From a virus, in the IMG/VR virus record IMGVR_UViG_3300010430_000022, positions 10,466-74,465 of that record: 64,000 nt of DNA; one strand, written 5' to 3'. The position numbers and the translations under genes are program-made. This document shows, in pieces, positions 9,562 to 19,110 of the stretch. Numbering within the stretch: position 1 is the stretch's first letter; every line of letters begins with the position of its first letter. The notes under the pieces are model-generated. The model was not told the origin of the DNA and ran no database searches. It saw only the letters and a program-made list of their open reading frames with translations.

Positions 9562-11493
9562 GTGGCCGGTGTCTTTCCTACTTCTGCGAGTCCCACCGCC
9601 TCAACGCCAGCGGTAGCTACACCTCCACCAGGTGTCGGAACCTTCCCTTCTATTGCGCTCTCGAATGAGTTCGTAAAGGTGCGGTGGTTTGAGCAGAACG
9701 TAGCTGAGGCAGTCAATCAACGCTGGATCGGTATGCCTCGGGGCGTCTATCTAGGGTTCATTCCGTCAACTACTCCTGGTTCCCGCGTTATCACGCTGGC
9801 TGTCGATCCAGAGCAGAACTTCTCACTACTGAAAGTGCCCTCTCGCGACGAGACGGTCATGGTCGACGTATTCACAGGTGAAAACATCGATCTCGACTTC
9901 ACGGCACACAACGCTTGGCCTGTTTATGTACTCGCCTCGTCGTCCTACAAGATCGGATCACCGACGCAAGGCAAGATCTTCACTCGGGCCTCGAACGCGA
10001 ACACGATTGACGAGATCGTAATCTGTCAGGTGAACAAGGTCGGCGACGACCTGGTCATTGACATCACGGAGCCTACGAATCGACAAGAACCTGTGGCGTT
10101 CCAGGGGCAGCCTTACGGCTATATGCCTAATGGTTCCATCGATGATCTTGCGACAACGAATGCCACCGTGGCTGAGGTCATTGACGCGCGTTCGTCGACC
10201 TATACAGGTCCACACAGCGATCTCAAAGCACGTCTCGACTCAGATATGGGTGGGGCAGAAATAGCTGACCGCCTGGGTCTACGCCTCGTTCACTTGCTCT
10301 CGAACGTGCATCAAGACCGCAGTGGGACGTCCCTGAATGTATCCGGATCCTTCACGGAGACGGGTCGTGAGACAGCACCGCTCATTACCATTTCCGATAG
10401 TGGCACTGAGTTGGTCGAGGGGGCGATCACAGACGGCACTAGAGGCGTCTGCTTCCTTATCAACAGTACCACTGGACAGCGTCTTATCGACGAGGTGACT
10501 CGCGAGCCGGTCTACGGTCAACTTACCTTCTCAACCGCCAGTATTGGAGGCGGTAAGGAAGTTCACTTCGTCAACGCCTCGACCAGCGTCAACGGAAACG
10601 GAACCAACCCCTTTGGTGCCCCACTCGTGGAAGGTGACATCGTTGAGGGACCGGATGGGTTGTTCTACGAAGTCGATACCATCGACGATCCAGACAACGC
10701 TATCCTTGGCGCAGCCTATCGCGGGCTCAACGACTTCATCTCGAACCCAGTGTTTCGACGCTGGCAGACCTTTCTGTTCACGGTGTCAGGCGGTGTCTTC
10801 AATCTCACCACTTCGACCAGCATTCAGTTCATCTTCCCGTCGTTCTTCCGTATCGATCAGGCGGTCTTCGATGGGCTTCTGCTTATCAAGCGAGACGGAG
10901 AACGTCCGCAACTTCCTGTCGCGACCGACGCAGCGGAGGGTAAAGCCCTCCTAGCTGTTGATGGTGGATTGGTCGGATCGTTCCGCACCATCAAGAACGC
11001 CGGATCTTCCATCGGCTCTGACATCCACACTCTAAACTTCACTGTCGGTGGCGCGACAAACGCGGGGTCCGGTGTTGCTGCTGTATCTGTGGGCGGAGCA
11101 CAAGGCCCTGCTGGAGCAGGCGCTAATCAAGGGCCTGACGGCCCAACTGGTGCCGCAGGATTTGGCTTCAGCCTCCAGAACACTTTTGAAGTTGGACCAG
11201 AATCCTCCGACACCAGCGGTCTTGGCGGTTCACCAGCTAGTGTGTCTTACACACACGACTGGACGGCCCCATCGTCAACACCTACCTTGGCTCCGGGATC
11301 ACCACGATCCTATGCTCATGTCACCGGCGGCTGGAGCATTATCAACGGTTTTTGGCCGGGAGGCTTTGAGCGGATTCACATCGACTCCTTGACGATTGAT
11401 GGTGCGAACAACACTCGAATCATCTATCGCGTGGAGCCCGCTCCTAACTTGAGCAACACGACCATTCAGTGTTATATGGGGGCGTCGCAGTGA
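9562..11493 (+). CDS. Fibre/baseplate protein with short collagen segment (paralog 3 of 3)
   Basis: GMPRGVYLGFIPS; GPDGLFYEV; Gly-X-Y segment. Confidence 0.65.
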   Translation: MAGVFPTSASPTASTPAVATPPPGVGTFPSIALSNEFVKVRWFEQNVAEAVNQRWIGMPRGVYLGFIPSTTPGSRVITLAVDPEQNFSLLKVPSRDETVMVDVFTGENIDLDFTAHNAWPVYVLASSSYKIGSPTQGKIFTRASNANTIDEIVICQVNKVGDDLVIDITEPTNRQEPVAFQGQPYGYMPNGSIDDLATTNATVAEVIDARSSTYTGPHSDLKARLDSDMGGAEIADRLGLRLVHLLSNVHQDRSGTSLNVSGSFTETGRETAPLITISDSGTELVEGAITDGTRGVCFLINSTTGQRLIDEVTREPVYGQLTFSTASIGGGKEVHFVNASTSVNGNGTNPFGAPLVEGDIVEGPDGLFYEVDTIDDPDNAILGAAYRGLNDFISNPVFRRWQTFLFTVSGGVFNLTTSTSIQFIFPSFFRIDQAVFDGLLLIKRDGERPQLPVATDAAEGKALLAVDGGLVGSFRTIKNAGSSIGSDIHTLNFTVGGATNAGSGVAAVSVGGAQGPAGAGANQGPDGPTGAAGFGFSLQNTFEVGPESSDTSGLGGSPASVSYTHDWTAPSSTPTLAPGSPRSYAHVTGGWSIINGFWPGGFERIHIDSLTIDGANNTRIIYRVEPAPNLSNTTIQCYMGASQ

Positions 11494-12089
11494 GACACTA
11501 CTTTGGCTACGACATCAATGGCACTCTTCTCTCTGTTGAGGCTTACGGCCCCATCGGCTGGCCTGCTGATTACTGCATGGAAGACCCCGAGTGCCTCGCT
11601 GACTCGGTTGTCTCACTGCGCGAGAGTCGTGCCAGAAATTCCCCGGGTATCATCAATTGGGTACTCTATGACTGCCCCTGCGACCCAGGGCAGGGCGTTC
11701 TTCTGAAAGACTGCACCTGCGTCAACTCGACGTTTGGTGTGAGCTACGTGGACGTGCTGGGCAAGGCCATGCATCCCAAGCCGATGCAGACGGTCTACGT
11801 CGACACCACTGTGGTCAAGGCAGGTGACATCATCACCAAATCCCCTGGAACTCAGATGATCCTCAAGATCACCGGTCAGGGCGTGCCGGACGGCACGATA
11901 GCTAGGTGTGCGCAGAAGGGGTCGGTTGATCTCACGCTTGACGATGAGTGGGAGATGGTCTTTGAGCGCGGTGTTAGTACAACCAAGACGCTCACTGCCC
12001 CTGCGCAGGGGTCGCGCGGCATTGTTTCTATCTCGGGCACCTTGATCCGACCGATAACGTTCGCTGTTCGAGGGTTCGAGATGGCCTAA
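11490..12089 (+). CDS. Hypothetical Cys-containing protein (fibre-associated?)
   Basis: GTG overlaps the upstream TGA (GTGA coupling). Confidence 0.5.
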   Translation: MRHYFGYDINGTLLSVEAYGPIGWPADYCMEDPECLADSVVSLRESRARNSPGIINWVLYDCPCDPGQGVLLKDCTCVNSTFGVSYVDVLGKAMHPKPMQTVYVDTTVVKAGDIITKSPGTQMILKITGQGVPDGTIARCAQKGSVDLTLDDEWEMVFERGVSTTKTLTAPAQGSRGIVSISGTLIRPITFAVRGFEMA

Positions 12090-12091
12090 GT

Positions 12092-12916
12092 ATGAGCAAT
12101 ATCGACGACACGCTATCGTTGCCTGATGAAGTCGAAGTTCGGCTGTTGTCTCCTAACATGATGGTCTTGCGGAACGTCATTCCGGCGTGGCGCGACGAAC
12201 TCATTCAGATCACCCAGAAACTCTCGTGCTGGAAGCACTCTGGGCAGATCCTTCCCAATGGAACGCAGAGCTACAAAGGTACGCATCGGACAAGTCGTAG
12301 TCTTATGCTCTCTTCGTCGCACCTAGATTACGGCGCGTGCTTTCGGCGTTTCGAGGAGGGGGTCTACAAGGCTTTCCTCACGGGTGTATCCGCCTACAAG
12401 CAATACAACCGGTTCCTGGACGTCACTCACGACTCAGGCTTCGAGATGCTGAGATACGAGGAGGGTCAGCACTTCGGGATGCATACCGATGCTATTTTGG
12501 GCCGACATGAGGGTTTACGGCAGCTTAGTGCTCTGATCTACCTCAATGACGACTATGAGGGCGGTGAGACCTACTTCCCGCGTCAACAGATCAAGTTCAA
12601 GGCCAAGGCGGGGGACCTCCTGCTCTTCCCATCAACTTTCTGCTACCCTCACGAAGCTCTACCGGTGACCAAAGGCGTAAAGTATGCCATCGTGACCTGG
12701 TTCATAGCCTATCCAAAGGTCCAAGAAGACTCTGTCGAGGAAGAACAACATGGTGAAGCAGAAGTTGACGGTGATTCTGGTCGGGCTGCTCCTGATGACG
12801 GGATGCGCCTGCACGAATCCCCCGGAAGCGGATCTCCTACGGGAGAACCGGAAGCATCTGATCGAGAGCATTCGACCAGCGCTGGTCGACTCGTTGAACA
12901 GGGCTCAGAAGCCTGA
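12092..12916 (+). CDS. 2OG-Fe(II) oxygenase, prolyl-4-hydroxylase-like
   Basis: H-T-D...'RQLSALIYLNDDYEGGETYF'...H..LPVTKGVKYAI motifs. Confidence 0.9.
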   Translation: MSNIDDTLSLPDEVEVRLLSPNMMVLRNVIPAWRDELIQITQKLSCWKHSGQILPNGTQSYKGTHRTSRSLMLSSSHLDYGACFRRFEEGVYKAFLTGVSAYKQYNRFLDVTHDSGFEMLRYEEGQHFGMHTDAILGRHEGLRQLSALIYLNDDYEGGETYFPRQQIKFKAKAGDLLLFPSTFCYPHEALPVTKGVKYAIVTWFIAYPKVQEDSVEEEQHGEAEVDGDSGRAAPDDGMRLHESPGSGSPTGEPEASDREHSTSAGRLVEQGSEA

Positions 12917-13058
12917 CGGCACGCCTCTCTACATCGACGCGTTCAGGACCAAGAAGGTCGAGCTTCTAGACGAGATCATTCGTCAGAGCGCACGCGTCGC
13001 ACCCACCGATGAGGATCAGGGCGAGTACGCAGCAGAGCCGCTCCCCTGGAAGGAGTAA
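12750..13058 (+). CDS. Predicted lipoprotein
   Basis: MVKQK + hydrophobic stretch + lipobox-like LMTG-C; GAGGAAG upstream; overlaps the oxygenase tail. Confidence 0.6.
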   Translation: MVKQKLTVILVGLLLMTGCACTNPPEADLLRENRKHLIESIRPALVDSLNRAQKPDGTPLYIDAFRTKKVELLDEIIRQSARVAPTDEDQGEYAAEPLPWKE

Positions 13059-13061
13059 AGC

Positions 13062-13547
13062 ATGGCCCTCGATGCCAAGAAGGTACTTGCTGATCTCAAG
13101 GCGGCTGCGAAGCCTGAGCTTGAGAAGCGAGCCGAGGAGCTTCGCTCCACGTTTCTGACGAACGTCGACGAGTTCGTCGATTCGTCCCGAGTCAAGGTGC
13201 TCGACGATCTCATCGCCGAAGCAGCCGAGCACGAGATCTCAGCCGTCATGGCCGACGATCCGGATATCGCACGCCAATACGCAGAGGCCGCCGAGGACAC
13301 GCTCAGGCAGGTCTCTGTGATCCTCGTCGCTGAGAAGGTCGTGGCTGAGAAGCAGATCGCAGCCATGATCCAGGCCGCTCTGCTCACCGTCTGGGACGGC
13401 TTCAAGTCCGTCGCGACCGGCATGCTCGGCGTCGCCGTCAAAGGCGTCATGACGGGGCTGCTCGGCCCGGCTGGAGGTGCTATTGCCGACGCGGCCGGGT
13501 CCTTTCTCGGAGACGCTGTCGAAGGTGACGACACCAAGCCAGCCTGA
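13062..13547 (+). CDS. Hypothetical helical protein with Gly-zipper-like C-terminus
   Basis: AGGAG RBS; GMLGVAVKGVMTGLLGPAGGAIA. Confidence 0.6.
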   Translation: MALDAKKVLADLKAAAKPELEKRAEELRSTFLTNVDEFVDSSRVKVLDDLIAEAAEHEISAVMADDPDIARQYAEAAEDTLRQVSVILVAEKVVAEKQIAAMIQAALLTVWDGFKSVATGMLGVAVKGVMTGLLGPAGGAIADAAGSFLGDAVEGDDTKPA

Positions 13548-13575
13548 TCCCATCGCAGGACACAAGGAGAGAATC

Positions 13576-13914
13576 ATGGCCAAGTTCACAGCAGCAGAGA
13601 TCCAGGAGCACGCCGAGAAGGCGATGGAGGCGTTTGAGGACGGCTTCCAGTGGTCTGACGTCTTCACCCTCGTCCCTGAGGTCATGGAGATCGTCGAGAG
13701 CGTCAAGGAGATGACTGGTCCTGAGAAGGAAGAGTCGGCTCTGGCGATCATCGACTACGTGATCGACGAGACCGACACCCCCTGGATCCCGGACAACCTG
13801 ACCGATCCCCTTCTCAAGAAGGGCGCCCGGTTCATGATCCCCATGCTCATCAAGGCAACGAAGGGCGGGCTCAAGCTCAACCTTCCGTCTGGCGAAGAGA
13901 CCGCCGACGCCTAA
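13576..13914 (+). CDS. Hypothetical acidic protein
   Basis: AAGGAGA RBS before ATG 13576. Confidence 0.6.
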   Translation: MAKFTAAEIQEHAEKAMEAFEDGFQWSDVFTLVPEVMEIVESVKEMTGPEKEESALAIIDYVIDETDTPWIPDNLTDPLLKKGARFMIPMLIKATKGGLKLNLPSGEETADA

Positions 13915-13946
13915 GTTCGAGAGCCTCCGCCCAATAAGGCTCCGTT

Positions 13947-13973
13947 GAAGGCTCCGGGTAACCGGGGCCTTCT
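13947..13973 (+). terminator. Stem-loop / possible terminator
   Basis: GAAGGCTCCGG-GTAA-CCGGGGCCTTC after the operon; no clear U-tract. Confidence 0.45.
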
Positions 13974-13990
13974 GCGTGTACAATCCTTCC

Positions 13991-14440
13991 ATGACCTTGC
14001 GACGTAGATCCTTGCTTATCTTCGAGATGGATGACCGTCTTCGAAGACAGCAACGTAACGCTGCCGCCAATCCAGGTGACGTAGACGCACAACGTGCTTT
14101 TGCGCAGAGTCGCAGGCGAGGTGCTACCACAGAGGTAAACAAGAAGCGTCCCATGCTTGGTCGAGGTCATACGGCTCGAACAGAACTACCTGACGGGGTA
14201 ACGCTCTACTCCTCTTCGGTGCGACACGATGGTTGGTGGGGTGTTCATCACGGGCATCAGGAGCCTGACTCAAAGGATGTCTCAGATCACGGTCACGATC
14301 ACGCACACAAGCTTGAATACGGCAAACAGGGCAATATCACTAAGGACGAGCCACCTCATCCCGATAAGGTGCGCGAGTTCCACGAGAAATACGTCGACCG
14401 CTTTCTAAACGGTCAAGCAAGTAGCAATCATGGATCTTGA
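13991..14440 (+). CDS. His-rich basic protein with propeptide-like N-terminus
   Basis: MTLRRRSLLIFEM; TACAAT 6 nt upstream. Confidence 0.6.
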   Translation: MTLRRRSLLIFEMDDRLRRQQRNAAANPGDVDAQRAFAQSRRRGATTEVNKKRPMLGRGHTARTELPDGVTLYSSSVRHDGWWGVHHGHQEPDSKDVSDHGHDHAHKLEYGKQGNITKDEPPHPDKVREFHEKYVDRFLNGQASSNHGS

Positions 14441-14672
14441 GCGTACCCCGTTGCTGCTCGAACGGCGCGGCCGTACCCGCCACGCGAGGCACAAGGCCGC
14501 CGATATCCTTCGGTCTCGCAGCGGTAGAACCAAGAAGCGCAAGAACCGTGGAAGGCTTTCGCGCCTGATTGCTCGTGAAATGGACACTCCACAGCGCTCT
14601 CCTCTCACTGGGCTAGCAATGGGTAACTTCACCGGAGGTATGCCTGGCGGCGGGATCATCAAGCACGCATGA
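14430..14672 (+). CDS. Small basic protein with LERTPLLLE N-terminus
   Basis: MDLERTPLLLER; Arg/Lys-rich. Confidence 0.6.
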   Translation: MDLERTPLLLERRGRTRHARHKAADILRSRSGRTKKRKNRGRLSRLIAREMDTPQRSPLTGLAMGNFTGGMPGGGIIKHA

Positions 14673-15025
14673 TCCGCCAGACGCTTCTAGTTGAGACCTT
14701 GGTCACCAGGACGATCACCCGTAGGGGCCCGGTGTTCATGTATCGCCGCCCCCAGGGCCCACCTGTCACTAGCGATGATTCGATTGATCGGTGGCTGCAC
14801 AAGACCACTCAAGCCTTTGACTTCTCGCCGATGTTCAATGGGGATCAATATCAGTCGAGGATCGTCGCAGAGCGCTATCTAGCACACCTCAAGAAGGAAT
14901 CTGCCCGAGAAGGCATGGACTGGGGAGAGGTTGCTAGTCGCCTCAAGCAGATCAGTCCTCACCTCCGCCGTGGCTTCCAGACCTTCTTCTCGTTCTTTGA
15001 TGCGTCTGTTCGCACAAGCGGCTAA
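14669..15025 (+). CDS. Hypothetical protein with propeptide-like N-terminus
   Basis: MIRQTLLVET; ATGA coupling. Confidence 0.55.
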   Translation: MIRQTLLVETLVTRTITRRGPVFMYRRPQGPPVTSDDSIDRWLHKTTQAFDFSPMFNGDQYQSRIVAERYLAHLKKESAREGMDWGEVASRLKQISPHLRRGFQTFFSFFDASVRTSG

Positions 15026-15714
15026 TGCTCGACGCTGAGACCCTTATCACCACGCTCGCCGGGCCACGTCCCATCAGCGATTTCATTGATAAGGGTCCAG
15101 TCCGAATCTTCACCTGGAATGGTGAACGGGTCACTGTCGGAGAGGTCGAGGTCAAGGACTCGACGCGTCTGGTCATTCCGTTCCGCGTAGAACTCGATGA
15201 CGGCTCAAAGCTTGTGCTCTGCACCGAGACACTGGTCTTGCTCAGGAACGGGGCCCCTAGGTTCCCAGAGCAGCTTGTCTCTGAGACTTCGTTGCTCCCC
15301 CTCTACACGAAGAGCGATTCGTCGGGCTATCCGGTCTACCAAGAACCTGGCGAGTGGCACCGAGCAGCCTTGACGCCCAGCGACCGCAATCGTTGGCGAC
15401 GCGTCAGCCGCATGGTGGCTGAATGGAAACTGGGACGAAGATGCGCGCCAGGAGACGTAGTTTCCTACGTTTCAAAGGACCGAATGGACTGTTCTCCTGA
15501 GAACTTGAAGTTCCATCGGAAAGAACGAAAGAAGACCGAGAAAAAGGTCGGGTTTGCCGAACCGCTCTTCGAAGCGCAGCGGTTTCTCGACAGGTACAAT
15601 CACAAGGTAGTCCGCACCTACCTTGACACTAGCCGTAGTTTGCTGTCGATTAGAGGTTTAGGAACGGCTAACCTATCGGTTGGCGGAGTCTTCGTCTCCG
15701 TAGACCCGGAGTAA
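15025..15714 (+). CDS. Free-standing, degenerate intein (Hint + HNH-like) protein
   Basis: LDAETLITT..G.RPI; FRVELDDGSKL; RMVAEWKLGR...GDVV...SPENL; YNHKVV; NLSVGGVFV. Lacks N-terminal C/S and C-terminal HN. Confidence 0.65.
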   Translation: MLDAETLITTLAGPRPISDFIDKGPVRIFTWNGERVTVGEVEVKDSTRLVIPFRVELDDGSKLVLCTETLVLLRNGAPRFPEQLVSETSLLPLYTKSDSSGYPVYQEPGEWHRAALTPSDRNRWRRVSRMVAEWKLGRRCAPGDVVSYVSKDRMDCSPENLKFHRKERKKTEKKVGFAEPLFEAQRFLDRYNHKVVRTYLDTSRSLLSIRGLGTANLSVGGVFVSVDPE

Positions 15715-15717
15715 CCT

Positions 15718-18126
15718 GTGGCAATTCGAGATCGAGCACTTACCGCTCTCCGTCGCGTGTTTGGTGACGACAGAGATGAGCGGGAGCGCGCAGAGAGTCC
15801 TAGCGCCGACGCTCTACGTCACGCACCCTCCTCCACCTACGCCATCTGGGGGCGTGAGGATATTGGCGGGCTTCTCTCGGTCTCCCAGAACCTCATGGAT
15901 CGCTACGCGGACTACGAGGCAATGAATGACTACCCAGACATTCGTTGCTTCACCGGAGACATGAAGGTCTACGTTGTTGCCGACAACAACGTCATCGTGC
16001 CGACTCCGATCAAGACGATCTGCGAGAGCACCGAAACCTTCGAGATCCTTGCCTACGACAAGAAGAAGAAGTGTTTGGTCCCGGTTACGGCTGAGCACCC
16101 TCGGATTTCAGGACGTAACGCCCCCATTCTTCGTCTCGAACTCAGCAACGGCGAAGTTCTCCGCGTTACCCCCAACCACAAAATCTTCTGCGTCGAGCCT
16201 CGTCCGGGCTACGTCGAGGCGAAAGACCTGAAGAAGGGCGCCTTCATTGTTGGTGCTCGTGCCGGCTTCGAGACTGAAGCCAAGAGCATGCTCACCGTCA
16301 AGACGGCTGGTGGTGTGTGGCTGAGCGAAGACCCAGTTCCGGACAGCTTCGCCCCCGAGGTCTATGACATCACGACCTCGACTCACAACCTCTTGGTCAA
16401 CGGCGTCATTTGCCACAACTCGGCGTTCCACTACTTCGCCAACGACGCAACGCAGCCCAACATGGACAACGGGCGTGTCTGCTGGCTCCAGAGCCCAGAC
16501 CAAGCGGTCGTGGACATGGGCGACACGCTCATCAAGCGCCGCCTCCGGCTTGAAGACGATCTGTTCTCCATCGCCTACTCGCTCTGCCAGTACGGGAACG
16601 ACTTCGAAGAGGTGCTGGTCACTGAGAACGGCGTGGTCGGCCTCAACAACTTGGCAGCGCCCACCATGCGCCGAGTGGAGAAGCTCAACGGTAGCCTGAT
16701 CGGCTACGTACAGGACGTCACAGGTCGCTTTACAGCCAACCAGGACGAATTGCGTCGGATGCTGGCGGGTGCGCTGACCATTCCCAAGCACGTCGCACTC
16801 TTCGAGGACTGGCAGGTCTGCCACTTCCGTTCGCGCTCAACGACTAGACGCTCACCCTATGGGGTGTCTGTTGGCGAAGGTGCGCGATGGATTTGGAAGC
16901 GTCTCGTCATGCTCGAAGACGCGGTCATGATCTACAAGCTGACCCGTTCGCCGGCTCGTTACGCCTTCTACGTGGACGTCACGGACGTTCCACCGAACCG
17001 TGTCGAGTCTTTCTTGAAGCGCGCCAAGCGCGACCTCAAGAAGAAGAAGATGGTCAACCCCAACAACAACTTCCTCGACATGCGCTACAACCCGCTCAGC
17101 AACGATGAGGACTTCTTCATTGCTGTTCGCGACGGTCGTGCGCTCTCCCGTGTTGAAGTGCTCTCGGGCCCCGACTACCAGAACACAGACGACGTCGAGT
17201 ATTTCCAGCGCAAGCTGCACGGCGCCCTCATGGTGCCTCGCGCCTACATGGGCCAAGACGCGCCAATTCAGGGTCGTGCAATTCTGTCCAACGAGGACGT
17301 TCGAGCCGCACGCGTCAGCCTTCAGATCCAAAAGGAACTGAAGAACGGCATCGAGAGCATCGTTCGCACCGATCTCGCAGCCCGAGGTCACGGTGCCCCG
17401 TGGAACGTAGATCTCGACGTCATGATGACCGTGCCCTCCAACATCTACGAGTTGGCAGCCATGGAGGTGAAGAACGCTCGCGCTGACTTTGCTGCCAGGA
17501 TCCAGCCCTACGTCTCTATGCGCTGGCTGCTAGAGAATGTCTTCAAGCTCTCTGACGACGAGATCCGTGAGGTCGAGAAGCAGCGTCGACGCGAGGCCAA
17601 TCTCGCCGATGCCATGGGTATGGACCCGTCCTTCTCCGCCTTTACGGGCGGGCGTCCTCCCGATCAGGATCCTGAGATGGACCCAGGAGCGGCAGGAGGA
17701 GACCCAGGAGCGGCAGCGCCTCCAGGTGGCGGTCTACAAGAGGTTCCTGGTGCTGGTGGAGCCGGACTACAGGAAGTTCCTGGTGGTGGGCTGCAAGAAG
17801 TCCCTGGAGCAGGGCTGCAAGAGGTCCCAGGTAACGGTCTCGAAGAAGTGCGTCCGGGTAGGAATGCCTCTCGTAATGAGTGGCGTGCTTACGACCGTCG
17901 TCGACGTCTTGAAGAGAATCGTTACCGCGAGTCGCGTCAAAACCACCAGAAGTTGGTGGATATGATCGGAAATCTCCAACAAAATGATGCGGGTTTTGCG
18001 CGCCGTTTGGACGAGACAACTTCCTTCTTGAAAGAGTTCAAGCAAGCGACCATGAAACGCGTCAATGGTCGATTGGTGGGCACTCCTTCAGCAGGAGCGG
18101 GTAGACCACAGGCTCGCGGTCACTAG
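15718..18126 (+). CDS. Portal protein (T4 gp20-like) containing an intein
   Basis: 'WKRLVMLEDAVMIYKLTRSPARYAFYVDV', 'EDFFIAVRDG', 'DDVEYFQRKL..AL.VP' are gp20-family motifs. Confidence 0.92.
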   Translation: MAIRDRALTALRRVFGDDRDERERAESPSADALRHAPSSTYAIWGREDIGGLLSVSQNLMDRYADYEAMNDYPDIRCFTGDMKVYVVADNNVIVPTPIKTICESTETFEILAYDKKKKCLVPVTAEHPRISGRNAPILRLELSNGEVLRVTPNHKIFCVEPRPGYVEAKDLKKGAFIVGARAGFETEAKSMLTVKTAGGVWLSEDPVPDSFAPEVYDITTSTHNLLVNGVICHNSAFHYFANDATQPNMDNGRVCWLQSPDQAVVDMGDTLIKRRLRLEDDLFSIAYSLCQYGNDFEEVLVTENGVVGLNNLAAPTMRRVEKLNGSLIGYVQDVTGRFTANQDELRRMLAGALTIPKHVALFEDWQVCHFRSRSTTRRSPYGVSVGEGARWIWKRLVMLEDAVMIYKLTRSPARYAFYVDVTDVPPNRVESFLKRAKRDLKKKKMVNPNNNFLDMRYNPLSNDEDFFIAVRDGRALSRVEVLSGPDYQNTDDVEYFQRKLHGALMVPRAYMGQDAPIQGRAILSNEDVRAARVSLQIQKELKNGIESIVRTDLAARGHGAPWNVDLDVMMTVPSNIYELAAMEVKNARADFAARIQPYVSMRWLLENVFKLSDDEIREVEKQRRREANLADAMGMDPSFSAFTGGRPPDQDPEMDPGAAGGDPGAAAPPGGGLQEVPGAGGAGLQEVPGGGLQEVPGAGLQEVPGNGLEEVRPGRNASRNEWRAYDRRRRLEENRYRESRQNHQKLVDMIGNLQQNDAGFARRLDETTSFLKEFKQATMKRVNGRLVGTPSAGAGRPQARGH
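15946..16419 (+). mobile_element. Mini-intein (158 aa, no homing endonuclease) in the portal
   Basis: R|CFTGD ... LRVTPNHKI ... VYDIT.STHNLLVNGVICHN|S. Confidence 0.92.
17725..17850 (+). repeat. Tandem GLQEVPG peptide repeats in the portal C-terminus
   Basis: GGLQEVPGAG GAGLQEVPGG GLQEVPGA GLQEVPGN GLEEV. Confidence 0.8.
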
Positions 18127-18244
18127 AGTTTCCGGCTGGAAACTCCGGGAAACTTCAAAGAAAGTTCGATCTTCCTGTCACAGGTAGTTGACGGGTATAG
18201 ATATAGATTCTAAACCTAGGTATATCGAAGGTCATAGGAAACCC

Positions 18245-19081
18245 ATGCCCGTTGTTCTCAAAAACGCAGTCGTCGACCAACTCCGCGCATCACGTTACGC
18301 GGACGATGCCATGTCGCGTCTCCGGGAGAACTCCTGGGAAGTGCAGCGCGGTGCGCTGGTGCGCATGGTCGAGTCGACTGAGTGGCGCTTCGGTCCTGCT
18401 GAGTTGATCGCCACCTTCGACCACCACGTCCTGGCCAAGTCGCCTAGCGGAGACATTGTTCAGGTCGAGTGGTCTACTGGTGATGAGGGTCAGATCTATC
18501 TGGGCCGCGCCGTTGTTCACGAGTCCACCACACCTGTGTCGGACCTGGGCTACGAAGTCATGGAGACCGCTCGCTCCGCTGTCGACAAGATCCTCGACGA
18601 GGACTACACAGCAGCCGGCCCCATGATCGCGTGCATCACTGAGGCGCTTGACGTCGGCGGTGATCTTCAGCGCCAGATCGGCAACGAGGTGACTGTTCAG
18701 TCGCTCAGCCGCCGCGCCTGGTGGCACGACGTTGTTGGCCTCAACGAGGACACCGTCGAGAAGCTCCCAGAGGTGAATGTCGAAGACATTCAAAAGTCGG
18801 CTACCGACCTCCTTGCCTTCTTGAAGGAGCAAGCGTCCACGCTCTCAATTACTGCTCGTCAACTCGACGGCGGTAACGCAGGGCCAGAGATCGAATCTCT
18901 GGCTTCGGACGTCGTTGAGGATGTTCACCGAGCAATCTCGGCGCTGATGAACCTCGACCGTCGCCGTACGGCCGAGGTGACCAAGATTTACGAAGCGGTC
19001 ATGTCTGCGACGCCGCAGCTTCTCAGTGGGATCGCTTTCCTCTCACAGTTGTCCGAAGCCTCGGACGAGAACGTCAGCTAG
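18245..19081 (+). CDS. Head-assembly region protein
   Basis: Between portal and protease; AGGA before ATG 18245. Confidence 0.55.
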   Translation: MPVVLKNAVVDQLRASRYADDAMSRLRENSWEVQRGALVRMVESTEWRFGPAELIATFDHHVLAKSPSGDIVQVEWSTGDEGQIYLGRAVVHESTTPVSDLGYEVMETARSAVDKILDEDYTAAGPMIACITEALDVGGDLQRQIGNEVTVQSLSRRAWWHDVVGLNEDTVEKLPEVNVEDIQKSATDLLAFLKEQASTLSITARQLDGGNAGPEIESLASDVVEDVHRAISALMNLDRRRTAEVTKIYEAVMSATPQLLSGIAFLSQLSEASDENVS

Positions 19082-19110
19082 CCAGGTCGGAAGGCCCGAG
19101 GAGATTTCAC

